Shown one piece after another: positions 1 to 9,734 of a stretch of DNA of 64,000 nucleotides. The translations under genes were made by a program, and so were the position numbers. Within the stretch, counting starts at the first letter, position 1, and every line of letters starts with the position of its first letter. The stretch is taken from positions 4,195-68,194 of the forward strand of contig JBDKFZ010000017.1 of the NCBI GenBank assembly GCA_039798445.1, given 5' to 3'. The DNA is from Candidatus Parcubacteria bacterium (GTDB lineage: Bacteria > Patescibacteriota > Minisyncoccia > Phycocordibacterales > EsbW-18). Under the pieces are notes generated by a model. It ran no database searches. It was not told where the DNA came from and saw nothing but the letters and a program-made list of their open reading frames with translations.

Positions 1-659
1 ATAACGAGGCCGGTGAATTGTTCGAGTTCCTGCATCGTCTCCGTTTGTTTTAGTTCACGGAGATCGAGCGTTTTTTTATACTCTTCTGGTTCTGCTGCTT
101 TGAATGCGGCGTCTTCAAGCTCACCTTTGAATTGACCAATACCAAGGCGGTGTGCAATCGGCGCGTAGATTTGAAGCGTTTCTTCCGCTATGCGGATTTG
201 TTTATCACGACGAAGGGACCCAATGGTGTGAAGATTGTGGAGACGGTCGGAGAGCTTGATGAGGATGACGCGGTTGTCCGCTGCGGTAGCGACAAAGAGC
301 TTGCGGAGCGTATCGCTGTGCCGTTTGAGGCCTTGGTATTTGAGATGTCCGAGCTTCGTAACGCCTTCGACGAGAAAGAGAATTTCGTCTCCGAACTCTC
401 GCTGAATATCCTCCGCTGTTGTTGTCGTGTCTTCGATAGTGTCGTGGAGAAGTCCTGCGGCGATAGTTTGAGCGTCGGTGCCGAGGCGTATGAGATTCTT
501 GGCGGTTTCGATGAGGTGGTCGAAATACGGTCCACCCGATTCACGCACTTGTCCGTGGTGCGCCTTCTCGGCGAAAGCGTAGGCTTTCGCTATAAGAGCT
601 CGGTCGTCTTCATCGTCCGTGTGGAGGAGAGATAGGAGATTCTGTAGTCCTGGTTCCAT
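1..659 (-). CDS. relA: RelA/SpoT family (p)ppGpp hydrolase/synthetase, N-terminal part; runs off the window edge
   Basis: Manual translation from ATG 659: MEPGLQ...AYAFAEKAHHGQVRESGGPYFDH...AAGLLHDTIEDT, the HD-domain signature. Absent from the ORF track because it is truncated. Confidence 0.88.
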   Translation of the reverse strand, partial: MEPGLQNLLSLLHTDDEDDRALIAKAYAFAEKAHHGQVRESGGPYFDHLIETAKNLIRLGTDAQTIAAGLLHDTIEDTTTTAEDIQREFGDEILFLVEGVTKLGHLKYQGLKRHSDTLRKLFVATAADNRVILIKLSDRLHNLHTIGSLRRDKQIRIAEETLQIYAPIAHRLGIGQFKGELEDAAFKAAEPEEYKKTLDLRELKQTETMQELEQFTGLV

Positions 660-688
660 GTTGGATAATACCATAAAAGAAAACGACC

Positions 689-1033
689 TCACCCCTGGGA
701 GGGCGAGGCCGCAATGCGGTAGTCCGGCGATGCGAGGACGTCCTCGAGTTGCAGAAGTCCTCCAGCTCGGAAAAACACGATGTGCACCCTTGATCCCCGG
801 GTCGCTGCGACGAGCTCGTCGCGGTACGTTGGTCCAAGGATGCTCGGAGAAAGCAGCACCTTCTGGAAGTGTTCCTGGTCTACCGGTTTGCCTGCAAGGA
901 GAGTCGGCACGTCGGTGATCGGCGACCACCCGAAGATGTGGTTCAGAGCTTCGAACATCCCTTCCGCCTGCTGGCGAAAAATGAGCACCCCGCCCGCAGT
1001 TCCTCGCTGCACGAGCACTTGTGATTCACGCAT
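689..1033 (-). CDS. Hypothetical protein (orphan cassette), 114 aa
   Basis: GAGGAGG SD before ATG; TTGACC-16-TATTCT promoter (1095-1068); hairpin plus U-tract at the stop. Confidence 0.7.
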   Translation of the reverse strand: MRESQVLVQRGTAGGVLIFRQQAEGMFEALNHIFGWSPITDVPTLLAGKPVDQEHFQKVLLSPSILGPTYRDELVAATRGSRVHIVFFRAGGLLQLEDVLASPDYRIAASPSQG

Positions 1034-1099
1034 CGTTGCCTCCTCGTCGGTTGTGCTGTCTGCCGCTAGAATACGCCGAAAGAGAACGGGGTCAAGTCT

Positions 1100-3307
1100 T
1101 TATTCCGCCTTCTTCTTTCGTGCAAATCCGCGCTTCTTCTTGGGTTCTTTGAGGATCTCGAGTGCGCGTTCGAGGGTGATTTTGTAAACGTCGTCTGTCT
1201 TGAGCGAGCGGAAGTCGCCATCGTGACCGATGTATGGGCCAAAACGTCCGATGTTTGCGACGATTGGTTTCTGGCTCTCTGGGTGAACGCCGAGTTCACG
1301 AGGAAGACTCAAGTACACAAGTGCATCTTCGACGCTCACGCTGTCGAGATCTTTTTCTTTCGGAATGCTTGCACGGCGAGGTTTCTTATTCTTTTTATCT
1401 TTGACACCAACCTGAACATACGGGCCATACGGACCGTTGAGAACGAAGATTGATTCGCCGGTTTCAGGATACGTACCGATTGCTTCAGGGCTCTTCACTT
1501 CTTCACCTTCTTTGGTGCGCGCACCGGTACATTCGGGGAAGCGTGCACAGCTCATGAACGTGCCGTTTTTGCCGAGCTTCATCACCATCGCATTCTGGCA
1601 GAGCGGACATGTGAATTCGGCAGGCGCGTCGCCGAGGTTGGTAATCTTGTTTGCGTCTTTTGATTTCTTTGCGACTTCTTTTTTGAAAGGAGTATAAAAA
1701 TCTCCGAGCGTCTTCGCGTACTCGCGCTTACCGAGTGCAATATCGTCGAGTTCATCTTCCATTTCTGATGTGAACGAATCACTGATGTACGTGGGGAAGT
1801 TGTCTTCGACAAATGTGCTCACGACATCGCCGGTGTCGGTGGGGGTGAGTGTACGGCCTTCTTTGGTGACATATCCACGCGTCTCGAGCGTGTTGATGAT
1901 TGATGCGTATGTTGACGGACGTCCGATACCGCGCTTCTCGAGCTCTTTGATGAGACCTGCTTCTGAATAGCGTGATGGCGGCTGAGTTTCTTTTTGAGTA
2001 TCAGTAATAGAAAGGAAATCGAGCTCGTCACCGTCATTTACTTTCGGATGTTCGACATCTTCGCCGCGTGCTGCGGTGTCGGCTGCGAGCCATCCTGGGA
2101 AGATGACACGGCTGCCTGTTGCTGAGAATTCAGGAACATCTTTGTGATCTGCGACCGCGGTGATTTTTGTCTGCATCAATTCGGCAGGCGACATCTGGCT
2201 CGCAACGGCGCGTGTCCAGATGAGCTGGTAGAGGCGCTGTTCGTCGTCTGTTGCACCTGCTTTGAATGTACCGGCATTCGTCGGGCGGACCGCTTCATGC
2301 GCTTCCTGTGCATTCTTGCTCTTGCTTGCGTACTTGGTTGGGCGAACATACTCTTTGCCAAATTTTTCAGCGACGACCGAAGCAATCTGGGCCTCAGCCT
2401 GTACAGCAAGGTTTGTGCTGTCGGTACGCATGTAGGTGATGTGACCCTTTTCGTACAACTTCTGCGCTGCACGCATCGTGCGGAACGGCGAGAAGCCGAG
2501 TCGTGTGCTTGCTGATTGCTGGAGCGTCGACGTAGTGAACGGTGCCTTTGGTTGTCGTGATACCGATGTCTCTTTGACGCTTCCAACTTTCCAATCAGCT
2601 CCAGGAGCGGCTTTAAGGATTGCATCGACAACTTTGCGATCGGTGAATTCTTCTGCAGCGGTGAGGAGAAGTTTGTCTTTCTTTGGTGTCTCGAACTCAG
2701 CCGAGAGTACCCAGTATGTCTGAGGATTGAACGCACGGATTTCGCGCTCGCGCTCCATGATGATGCGAAGTGCAGGGGACTGAACGCGTCCTGCCGAGAG
2801 ACCGTAACGGACCTTTTTCCAGATGAGACCAGAGAGGTCATAACCTACCAAACGGTCGAGCACGCGACGCGCCTCTTGTGCTTGGCGAAGATTCTCATCA
2901 ATTGCGCGTGGGTGTTTGAGCGCTTCGGTCACCGCATCTTTGGTGATCTCGTGAAAGACAATGCGGGATACCTTCTTACCACCTTTCTTCTTCTCGAGTC
3001 CAAGTGCCTGCACCAAGTGCCATGCGATTGCTTCTCCTTCTCGGTCGGGGTCAGTTGCCAAGAGAATCTCGTCTGCTTTCGATACCTCAGATTTGAGTTC
3101 GCTGATGATCTCGCGCTTCTCAGGAACAATCTGATAGTTCGGCACAAAGCCCGCCTCGATATCGATGGCATTCTTGTTGCTCTTTGGAAGATCGCGCACA
3201 TGTCCGACGCTCGCTTTGACGACGAACTTTGTGTCGCTTCCTTCAGAGAGATATTTTTCGATCGTCTTTGCCTTTGCAGGTGATTCAACGATGACGAGGG
3301 TAGTCAT
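1100..3307 (-). CDS. topA: DNA topoisomerase I
   Basis: LVIVESPAKAKTI, DPDREGEAI, SAGRVQS, ITYMRTD, GIGRPSTY, Zn ribbon and C-terminal repeats. Confidence 0.97.
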   Translation of the reverse strand: MTTLVIVESPAKAKTIEKYLSEGSDTKFVVKASVGHVRDLPKSNKNAIDIEAGFVPNYQIVPEKREIISELKSEVSKADEILLATDPDREGEAIAWHLVQALGLEKKKGGKKVSRIVFHEITKDAVTEALKHPRAIDENLRQAQEARRVLDRLVGYDLSGLIWKKVRYGLSAGRVQSPALRIIMEREREIRAFNPQTYWVLSAEFETPKKDKLLLTAAEEFTDRKVVDAILKAAPGADWKVGSVKETSVSRQPKAPFTTSTLQQSASTRLGFSPFRTMRAAQKLYEKGHITYMRTDSTNLAVQAEAQIASVVAEKFGKEYVRPTKYASKSKNAQEAHEAVRPTNAGTFKAGATDDEQRLYQLIWTRAVASQMSPAELMQTKITAVADHKDVPEFSATGSRVIFPGWLAADTAARGEDVEHPKVNDGDELDFLSITDTQKETQPPSRYSEAGLIKELEKRGIGRPSTYASIINTLETRGYVTKEGRTLTPTDTGDVVSTFVEDNFPTYISDSFTSEMEDELDDIALGKREYAKTLGDFYTPFKKEVAKKSKDANKITNLGDAPAEFTCPLCQNAMVMKLGKNGTFMSCARFPECTGARTKEGEEVKSPEAIGTYPETGESIFVLNGPYGPYVQVGVKDKKNKKPRRASIPKEKDLDSVSVEDALVYLSLPRELGVHPESQKPIVANIGRFGPYIGHDGDFRSLKTDDVYKITLERALEILKEPKKKRGFARKKKAE

Positions 3308-3353
3308 GAGGTCAGTTGATACTATAGATGTGTGAGGATTGCAAATCGTCTAC

Positions 3354-4229
3354 TTATTTTAAACGCTCAATTTTCCCCAAACGATGTGTGACGATGCCTT
3401 TGATTTCCATCATTGAAACGGTGATCGATACCTCGCTCGTCGGTATGCCAGTTGTGCGGACGAGATCATCAAATGAAAGTGATGGATTGAGTGCAGAGAG
3501 GATCGTTCGCTCGTTCGTTGAGAGATTATCGAATGATAGTTGAACAGGTTGCTCTGATGAGGGAGTGAGACCGAGCGCTTCAAGAATATCGTCTGACGAT
3601 GTGACGATTTGTGCACCGTCGCGTAGCAACGCATTCGAGCCTTGGTGATTGGGAGAGAAGAGCGGGCCGGGGACAACGAGCACAGAACGATCATAGCTGA
3701 GAGCAAGTCCTGCGGTGATGAGTGTTCCGGACTTTTTCCCCGCTTCGACGATGAGCGTTGCATGAGAGATGCCGGCCATGATGCGATTGCGTCGTGGGAA
3801 GTGCCATTCACCCAAAGCACCGATGTCGCGATGTTCGCTGATGAGTGCACCATTGTGATGGAGAATCTCTTGCGCGAGACGCATGTGTGATTGCGGGTAT
3901 ATCTCCGAGTCCGCAAGTCCATATCCGGGAAATGCAATCGTGGGTATACCAACCTCAAGCGCGGCGCGATGAGCGATGGCGTCGATACCAAGCGCTAGCC
4001 CCGAGACGATAACCACCGCATGCCCTGCCAAGCCCGCAATGAGCTTCTCGCAGGCCGCTTTGCCGTACTCGGAGAACTTGCGGGAGCCGACAACACAGAG
4101 GTACCGATAGATAGAGGGGTCGGGGAGGGCACCTCGGATAAAGAGGGCTTTTGGCGGGTCGGTCATCTCGGCCAAAAGGGGCGGCCAAGCTTTCGGGTCG
4201 AGCTCGGTGATAGAGGAGTGCTCATTCAT
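3354..4229 (-). CDS. dprA: DNA-processing protein DprA
   Basis: VVGSRK, SGLALGIDAIAHRAAL, FPRRNRIMAG, SGTLITA. Start placed at MNEHSS (4229); TATAGT lies 7 nt upstream. Confidence 0.94.
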   Translation of the reverse strand: MNEHSSITELDPKAWPPLLAEMTDPPKALFIRGALPDPSIYRYLCVVGSRKFSEYGKAACEKLIAGLAGHAVVIVSGLALGIDAIAHRAALEVGIPTIAFPGYGLADSEIYPQSHMRLAQEILHHNGALISEHRDIGALGEWHFPRRNRIMAGISHATLIVEAGKKSGTLITAGLALSYDRSVLVVPGPLFSPNHQGSNALLRDGAQIVTSSDDILEALGLTPSSEQPVQLSFDNLSTNERTILSALNPSLSFDDLVRTTGIPTSEVSITVSMMEIKGIVTHRLGKIERLK

Positions 4230-4278
4230 CGGTCGTACTATATAATGAGCAGATAAAGCACCCATAAAGCCCACTGCC

Positions 4279-5547
4279 ATGCTTGATATAAATTTCATTC
4301 GAGACAATAAAGACATCGTTATCGCCGGAGCCAAAAAGAAGCACGTTGATGTCGATATTGAGGCCCTCATCAAAGTTGATGACGAACGTCGAGAGATTCT
4401 CAGGGTTGTCGAAGATCTTCGCGCAAAACAGAACGTTGCTACGGAAGCAATTGCCAAGAACGGTCCCGACCGCGACGCACTCATTGCAGAGATGCGCACC
4501 GTCAAAGAAGAACTTGCGGGTAAAGAAGAAAAGCTCAAAGAGCTCATGGTTGTGTGGCGCGAGCTCATGCTCCAAGTCCCGAACGTTCCTGATATCTCTG
4601 TCCCAGATGGTGTGAGCGATGCGGACAACAAAGAAGTAAAAGTGTGGGGTGAGAAGCCGACATTTGATTTTACACCGAAGGATCATATCGAACTCATGAC
4701 GGCTCTCGATATGGTTGACCTCGAGCGTGGTTCAAAAGTTGCAGGATTCCGAGGGTACTTTCTTAAGGGTGCAGGTGCGGAACTTCAGTCTGCGCTTTGG
4801 CGATTCGTTGAGGACTTCTTCCGTGCTAAGGGTGGTTTTGTACCAATGATTGTTCCTTCGCTTGTTCGTCCAGAAGTTTTCTTGGGCACAGGATATTTGC
4901 CACAAGGTGAAGAGGATTTGTATAAAACACAGGATGGAGAATATCTCGCGGGAACCGCTGAGGTGGCGACGATGGGTTATTACATGAACGATGTGCTTGA
5001 GAAGAAAGATTTACCTATGAAGTTTCTTTCTTTCTCGGATGCATTTCGTCGTGAAGCGGGAAGCCATGGAAAAGACACGCGTGGAATTCTTCGTGTGCAT
5101 GAGTTCTATAAGTACGAACAAGTGGTGCTCTGTGAAGCGTCGCACACTGAGTCGGTCAAATACCACGAAGAGATTCAACGAAATACCGAAGAACTTACTG
5201 AAGCACTCGGTCTTCACTATCACGTTGTAGCGAACTGCGGTGGTGATATCGGCCTCGGACAGGTGAAGAAGTACGACATCGAGGTCTGGTTGCCGTCTGA
5301 GAACACGTACCGAGAAACTGGGTCAGCCTCGTACTTCCATGATTTCCAGACGCGTCGTTTGAATATTCGCTATAAAGACGACGATGGAAAAATGAAATTT
5401 GTACACTCTTTGAACAACACCGCCCTTTCTGGACGACCGCTCATCATGATTGTTGAGAACTACCAGAATGCTGATGGTTCGATTACGATTCCCGAGGCGC
5501 TTCGCCCATATATGGGGGGACGCGAGAAGATCACTCTCAATAAATAG
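4279..5547 (+). CDS. serS: Serine--tRNA ligase
   Basis: MLDINFIR, N-terminal coiled coil, GTAEV, FRREAG, HEFYKYEQ, VHSLNNT. Confidence 0.97.
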   Translation: MLDINFIRDNKDIVIAGAKKKHVDVDIEALIKVDDERREILRVVEDLRAKQNVATEAIAKNGPDRDALIAEMRTVKEELAGKEEKLKELMVVWRELMLQVPNVPDISVPDGVSDADNKEVKVWGEKPTFDFTPKDHIELMTALDMVDLERGSKVAGFRGYFLKGAGAELQSALWRFVEDFFRAKGGFVPMIVPSLVRPEVFLGTGYLPQGEEDLYKTQDGEYLAGTAEVATMGYYMNDVLEKKDLPMKFLSFSDAFRREAGSHGKDTRGILRVHEFYKYEQVVLCEASHTESVKYHEEIQRNTEELTEALGLHYHVVANCGGDIGLGQVKKYDIEVWLPSENTYRETGSASYFHDFQTRRLNIRYKDDDGKMKFVHSLNNTALSGRPLIMIVENYQNADGSITIPEALRPYMGGREKITLNK

Positions 5548-5568
5548 TTTCTGCTGTAAGCTGTAGGC

Positions 5569-6441
5569 ATGCTCCGACGCTTCACATCCGAACGCATCCG
5601 TAAGGCGCACCACAAACGCATTGCTTTGACGGTGAGCATTTGGGCCGGCCTCATCATCTCGTCGATACTCCTCATTCTCGTTCTTTTTTCGAGCAAGCAG
5701 ATAGCAATCACGTCGATATCGTTCGAAGGCAACAAAGCGATTACCGATGAAGAATTGTTTGCTGTAGCTGCGCCGCATCTCGAAGGCTCGTATCTTCATC
5801 TCTTCTCGCGACGCAATATTTTCATTTTTCCAAAGAACGATATCGAAGCGGACATCCACGCTTCATTTGTGAGAGCAGAAGAAGTCGCCATCGATCGTGA
5901 TGGATTCTCAAAACTACTTATAGCTGTAGTGGAACGTGATCCTTCAGGATTGTGGTGTGGATTGACCACAACATCGCTCGCTCCCTGTTATTTTGTCGAT
6001 GAGACAGCACTTGCGTTTGCACCTGCACCGCGCATGAGCGGTAGCTCTTTCATTGCATACGAACGAGCACTTCCACTCAAGCCGATTGGTAGACAGCTTG
6101 TGCCTCAAGAAGAATTTGATGCGCTCAACGATTTCATTGGCTTCATCGCGACGCTCGGATTTAATACGCGCCGTGTCGTATGGAAAGAAGATGCACTCGA
6201 GCTCATGACGACATTTGCTACAAAGACCGGTGAGGAGGATGTGCGACTTCGTGTGCCGCTCGCGGGTCCATATGAACAAGCTTTCACCAATCTCGCCTCA
6301 ATCGTTCAGTCACAAAAAAATAAAAGTGTAGGGGCAGACGAGGAGCCATTTATCTTTGCTGGCCTGGAATACATCGACCTTCGTTTCGAAAACAGAATTT
6401 TTTATAAACAAGAAGCCGGAGCTTCTTCAGTCGTCGAATAG
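5569..6441 (+). CDS. FtsQ/DivIB-like POTRA-domain membrane protein
   Basis: Single N-terminal TM, ITSISFEGN (POTRA start), C-terminal YIDLRFENRIFYK. Confidence 0.75.
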   Translation: MLRRFTSERIRKAHHKRIALTVSIWAGLIISSILLILVLFSSKQIAITSISFEGNKAITDEELFAVAAPHLEGSYLHLFSRRNIFIFPKNDIEADIHASFVRAEEVAIDRDGFSKLLIAVVERDPSGLWCGLTTTSLAPCYFVDETALAFAPAPRMSGSSFIAYERALPLKPIGRQLVPQEEFDALNDFIGFIATLGFNTRRVVWKEDALELMTTFATKTGEEDVRLRVPLAGPYEQAFTNLASIVQSQKNKSVGADEEPFIFAGLEYIDLRFENRIFYKQEAGASSVVE

Positions 6442-6443
6442 AT

Positions 6444-6484
6444 AAAATAGTGACGGCCGCCTCCCTGTGGGGGAGAGCGGCCGT
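6444..6484 (-). terminator. Intrinsic terminator of the small basic-protein operon
   Basis: Minus strand ACGGCCGCTCTCCC...GGGAGGCGGCCGT followed by CACTATTTT. Confidence 0.7.
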
Positions 6485-6512
6485 GGTGACGGGTTAGACC
6501 CGTCGGGGTCGT

Positions 6513-6656
6513 TCAGGTGAAATCGTTGGTGCGGTTCTGTCCGCGCTGGCGGGGCTTCCCGCGCGGAGCGGTGTTGGGCTTGACCGTCACGCCCTGCCGT
6601 CGCAGGCGACGCCGTTGCTCCTGGAGCTCCTTGCGGGTGAGTCTGTTGGTACCCAA
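6513..6656 (-). CDS. Small Arg-rich protein, 47 aa (MGTNRLTRKELQEQRRRLRRQ...)
   Basis: GAGGAG SD then TTG start; last gene before the terminator. Confidence 0.6.
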   Translation of the reverse strand: MGTNRLTRKELQEQRRRLRRQGVTVKPNTAPRGKPRQRGQNRTNDFT

Positions 6657-6678
6657 AGTTAGTTCTCCTCTGAGAAAC

Positions 6679-6828
6679 CTAGTTGGCCTGCTCAGCTTCA
6701 GCGTCGGACTCTTCCTGTTCGTCGGGGATCTCCCGGACGATTTGCTGGTTCGCCTTGCGGCGCTCGGCGCGAGCTTCCCGTCGGGACTGTTCGCGCGCGC
6801 GTTCCTTGACCCACCGTGGCGCTCCCAT
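6679..6828 (-). CDS. Small charged protein, 49 aa (MGAPRWVKERAREQSRREARAERRKANQQIVREIPDEQEESDAEAEQAN)
   Basis: AAGGGG SD then ATG; basic N-half and acidic tail; below the ORF-track cutoff, translated manually. Confidence 0.65.
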   Translation of the reverse strand: MGAPRWVKERAREQSRREARAERRKANQQIVREIPDEQEESDAEAEQAN

Positions 6829-6840
6829 GAGTGCCCCTTG

Positions 6841-7050
6841 TTAGGCCGAGTTGCGGGCAAGCCGCAGGAACCGATCGTTGAGCGCCCGCAGGAAGCTCTG
6901 CTTGATGCGGATCTTCCACATACGACGGTCGCGACGCTTGTCGCGACTGACCTGCACCCTCTGGGCGACGGCGTGGCGTCTGGAAGCTGCCGGCCGGCGG
7001 CGCTTCCCGGTACGGACCGAATTCTGCCGTCGCTGCGGGTTCTTGGGCAT
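6841..7050 (-). CDS. Small Arg-rich protein, 69 aa (MPKNPQRRQNSVRTGKRRR...)
   Basis: AGGAGG SD then ATG; upstream TTGCCA-17-TAGATT promoter. Confidence 0.7.
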   Translation of the reverse strand: MPKNPQRRQNSVRTGKRRRPAASRRHAVAQRVQVSRDKRRDRRMWKIRIKQSFLRALNDRFLRLARNSA

Positions 7051-7165
7051 GAAGCTTTCCTCCTGATGACGAGCATCGTCCGCTTGATTGCGGATCAATG
7101 TCGTGTGCATCTGGACGAGAATCTACCATTTGAATCAGATACTGGCAAGTGCTATGGTGTCGTCT

Positions 7166-8149
7166 GTGGAAAACACCTTCTGGAACAAATTACCCAAGCC
7201 ATTCTTTTGTCTCGCGCCGCTTGCCGACGTGACCGATCCTGCATTCCGCAGAGTCATCGCAAAGTATGGCAAGCCCGACGTTTTGTGGACAGAATTCGTC
7301 TCTGCAGACGGTTTGTTCAAGGGTGGCTACGATGCATTGATCAAAGGATTGCAATACACCGAAGAAGAGCGCCCCATCATCGCGCAGTTCTTTAGTCGTG
7401 AGCCTGAGTTGATGGCAAAGGCCACTGAGCTTGCTACCGAAATGGGATTTGATGGCGTTGATGTAAACATGGGATGTCCTGACGAGAATGTCTGCAAGCA
7501 AGGTGCAGGTGCGGCGATTATGAAAGATCCCGAGCGTGCGCAAGCAATCATCCTTGCGATGAAGGAGGCGAGTGCAAAGAGTTCACGACCGATTCCTGTG
7601 GCGGTGAAGACGCGCATCGGCTACAACGAGAACGAAGTGGAGACGTGGATTCCGCAGATTCTTTCCGCGAAGCCTGATGTGCTTACGATTCACGCACGCA
7701 CCAAAAAAGAGATGTCAAAAGTCGCTGCACATTGGGATGTGGTCAAACGGGTCGTCGAGATTCGCGATGAGATTCAAAAAGACGATGCAGTGAAGACGCT
7801 CATCATCGGCAATGGGGATGTGGTTGATATTGCTGATGCACGAACAAAAGCAGAAGAGACCGGATGCGACGGAGTAATGCTCGGCCGTGCGATCTTCGGT
7901 AACCCATGGCAATTTGCAAGCGAACACGGCGATCGCCCCGATCTCAAAGGTCGTCTCGCAGTTCTTGCTGAACACATTAAACTTTTTGATGAACTGCTCA
8001 CAGGCAAACGCTCATTTGCAACCATGAAGAAACACTTCAAGTCATATATTCAAGGACCTGATGGTGATAAACAGCTCGTTATCAAGCTCATGGAAGAGGC
8101 GCGAACGCCGAAGGAGGCGTTGGAGATTATAGAGGGCTACCAAATCTAA
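7166..8149 (+). CDS. dus: tRNA-dihydrouridine synthase (Dus family)
   Basis: LAPLADVTD, DVNMGCP, VKTRIG, TIHART, GNGDV, GVMLGRA. Start is GTG 7166 or ATG 7154. Confidence 0.93.
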   Translation: MENTFWNKLPKPFFCLAPLADVTDPAFRRVIAKYGKPDVLWTEFVSADGLFKGGYDALIKGLQYTEEERPIIAQFFSREPELMAKATELATEMGFDGVDVNMGCPDENVCKQGAGAAIMKDPERAQAIILAMKEASAKSSRPIPVAVKTRIGYNENEVETWIPQILSAKPDVLTIHARTKKEMSKVAAHWDVVKRVVEIRDEIQKDDAVKTLIIGNGDVVDIADARTKAEETGCDGVMLGRAIFGNPWQFASEHGDRPDLKGRLAVLAEHIKLFDELLTGKRSFATMKKHFKSYIQGPDGDKQLVIKLMEEARTPKEALEIIEGYQI

Positions 8150-8160
8150 ATTGGGAAATA

Positions 8161-8188
8161 TTGACAATTGTGATAAACAACTTATAAT
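8161..8188 (+). promoter_or_regulatory. Consensus sigma70 promoter of the orphan gene
   Basis: TTGACA-16-TATAAT, exact consensus hexamers. Confidence 0.8.
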
Positions 8189-8211
8189 ACCTTTCAGACA
8201 AGGAGGAACTG

Positions 8212-8478
8212 ATGTCGAGAGAAGATAGTGTTATCGCGCTTTACGCTTCGATTCGTGATGAGCTTCATTTGACCCCTGAGGAGGACTATCACTTCTCAAC
8301 GATGGTCAACTCAGCTCTCTATCCGTCGAGGGACGTCGCTGTAGACTTCGTTCGTGGGGGATTGGCAGCGATGTCGCGTCTCCCCAACCTCCAGAAGGCC
8401 GTGAGCTGGTTTCAGCGCGAAGTGGATTCTCTCCCAGATCAACCTGTAGGGGAAGATGTGCCTGAAATCGCTCTCTAA
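8212..8478 (+). CDS. Hypothetical protein (orphan cassette), 88 aa
   Basis: AAGGAGGA SD, own promoter and downstream hairpin. Confidence 0.75.
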   Translation: MSREDSVIALYASIRDELHLTPEEDYHFSTMVNSALYPSRDVAVDFVRGGLAAMSRLPNLQKAVSWFQREVDSLPDQPVGEDVPEIAL

Positions 8479-8485
8479 GACCCTC

Positions 8486-8539
8486 AGCCGCCCAAAAGGA
8501 AGTCGCCCATCTGCGCTTCTCGGGCGGCTTTCTGTTTTT
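8486..8539 (+). terminator. Intrinsic terminator
   Basis: AGCCGCCC...GGGCGGCT then TTCTGTTTTT. Confidence 0.55.
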
Positions 8540-8553
8540 GCTATACTACCCCC

Positions 8554-9582
8554 ATGTCTCAAGCGCTCTACCGCAAATACCGCCCTCAGGAATTCAAGGA
8601 GGTGAAAGGGCAGGATCATATCGTGGACGTCTTATCGCAAGGCTTGGCCAAGGGTGCCATCGGTCATGCATATCTTTTTGCCGGAACACGCGGCACAGGT
8701 AAGACGAGCGTGGCGCGTATCATGGCTCGTGCGCTCGGCACAACCGACCGCGACTTGTATGAACTCGATGCCGCATCGAACCGCGGTATCGATGACGTTC
8801 GCGCGCTTCGTGAAGCGGTGCACACGATGCCATTCGAATCGACGTACAAGGTTTACATCATCGATGAGGTGCACATGCTCACCAAAGAAGCATTCAACGC
8901 GCTTCTCAAGACGCTCGAAGAGCCACCGGCACACGTCATTTTTATACTCGCTACCACAGAGCTTGATAAACTCCCTGAGACCATCGTCTCGCGCTGTGAA
9001 GTGCACACGTTTAAATCTCCAACGCGCAAGACGCTCCGCGATCACATGGTGAACATTGCCAAGGAGGAGGGAAGAACGCTCGATGCCGGTGCCGCAGACA
9101 TCATCGCGCTTGTTGCTGGGGGTTCATTCCGTGATGCGCACGGTGTCTTGCAAAAGATTATGACGGCAACGGATGAGAAAAAGATCTCTGCGGATGACGC
9201 GGCACGCATCACCGGTGCACCAGCACTCTCGCTTGTAAACGATGTTGTAACTGGTATCGCCGAAGGCACGCCCGAGACTGCTCTTGGTGCCATTTCGACC
9301 GCCGCACAGAACGGCGTATCGATGAAACTCTTCTCTGAGCTCATCCTTCAGCGCCTCCGCGCGGTTCTTATGCTGCGTTTCGCTCCCGCATCCAAGGCAG
9401 ATATTTCTGAAGAATACACAGCAGAAGACGTCGAGCTTCTCGAGAAGCTCGCCAAAGACACAAAGTCACCAATCAACTCAGCATTGTTGCTCCGTTTTCT
9501 CGATGCATCCGCACAAATTGATCGCTCTGCGCTTCCATCGCTTCCACTCGAGCTTGCGGTGGTTGAGAGTGTTTCTCTATAG
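8554..9582 (+). CDS. dnaX: DNA polymerase III subunit gamma/tau (short form)
   Basis: ALYRKYRPQ, GTRGTGKT, DAASNRG, IIDEVHML, NALLKTLEEPP, SRC. Confidence 0.96.
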   Translation: MSQALYRKYRPQEFKEVKGQDHIVDVLSQGLAKGAIGHAYLFAGTRGTGKTSVARIMARALGTTDRDLYELDAASNRGIDDVRALREAVHTMPFESTYKVYIIDEVHMLTKEAFNALLKTLEEPPAHVIFILATTELDKLPETIVSRCEVHTFKSPTRKTLRDHMVNIAKEEGRTLDAGAADIIALVAGGSFRDAHGVLQKIMTATDEKKISADDAARITGAPALSLVNDVVTGIAEGTPETALGAISTAAQNGVSMKLFSELILQRLRAVLMLRFAPASKADISEEYTAEDVELLEKLAKDTKSPINSALLLRFLDASAQIDRSALPSLPLELAVVESVSL

Positions 9583-9589
9583 AAAGATA

Positions 9590-9660
9590 TTGCCGGACTT
9601 GGATTCGAACCAAGATACCCGCCTCCAAAGGGCGGTGTCCTACCATTAGACGATCCGGCA
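9590..9660 (-). tRNA. tRNA-Gln(UUG)
   Basis: Cloverleaf TGCCGGA/TCCGGCA, anticodon loop CTTTGGA, T-loop GTTCGAAT; CCA not encoded. Confidence 0.95.
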
Positions 9661-9734
9661 GCCTTGCTGTCATTGACAAAATACAACAAAAATCGGAGTA
9701 ACGAAAGGATGTCCAGAATGGTATAGTGCCATCT

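Noticed and set aside
132-635. 167-aa plus-strand ORF
   Set aside because: Antisense shadow of the minus-strand RelA/SpoT gene, which has clear motifs.
4230-4631. Long N-terminal extension of DprA in the ORF track
   Set aside because: Overlaps serS on the opposite strand; a -10 element supports the start at 4229.
6517-7395. 292-aa plus ORF and the 187/143-aa minus ORFs
   Set aside because: No motifs or start signals. The region is better explained by three short SD-led minus-strand genes plus dus.
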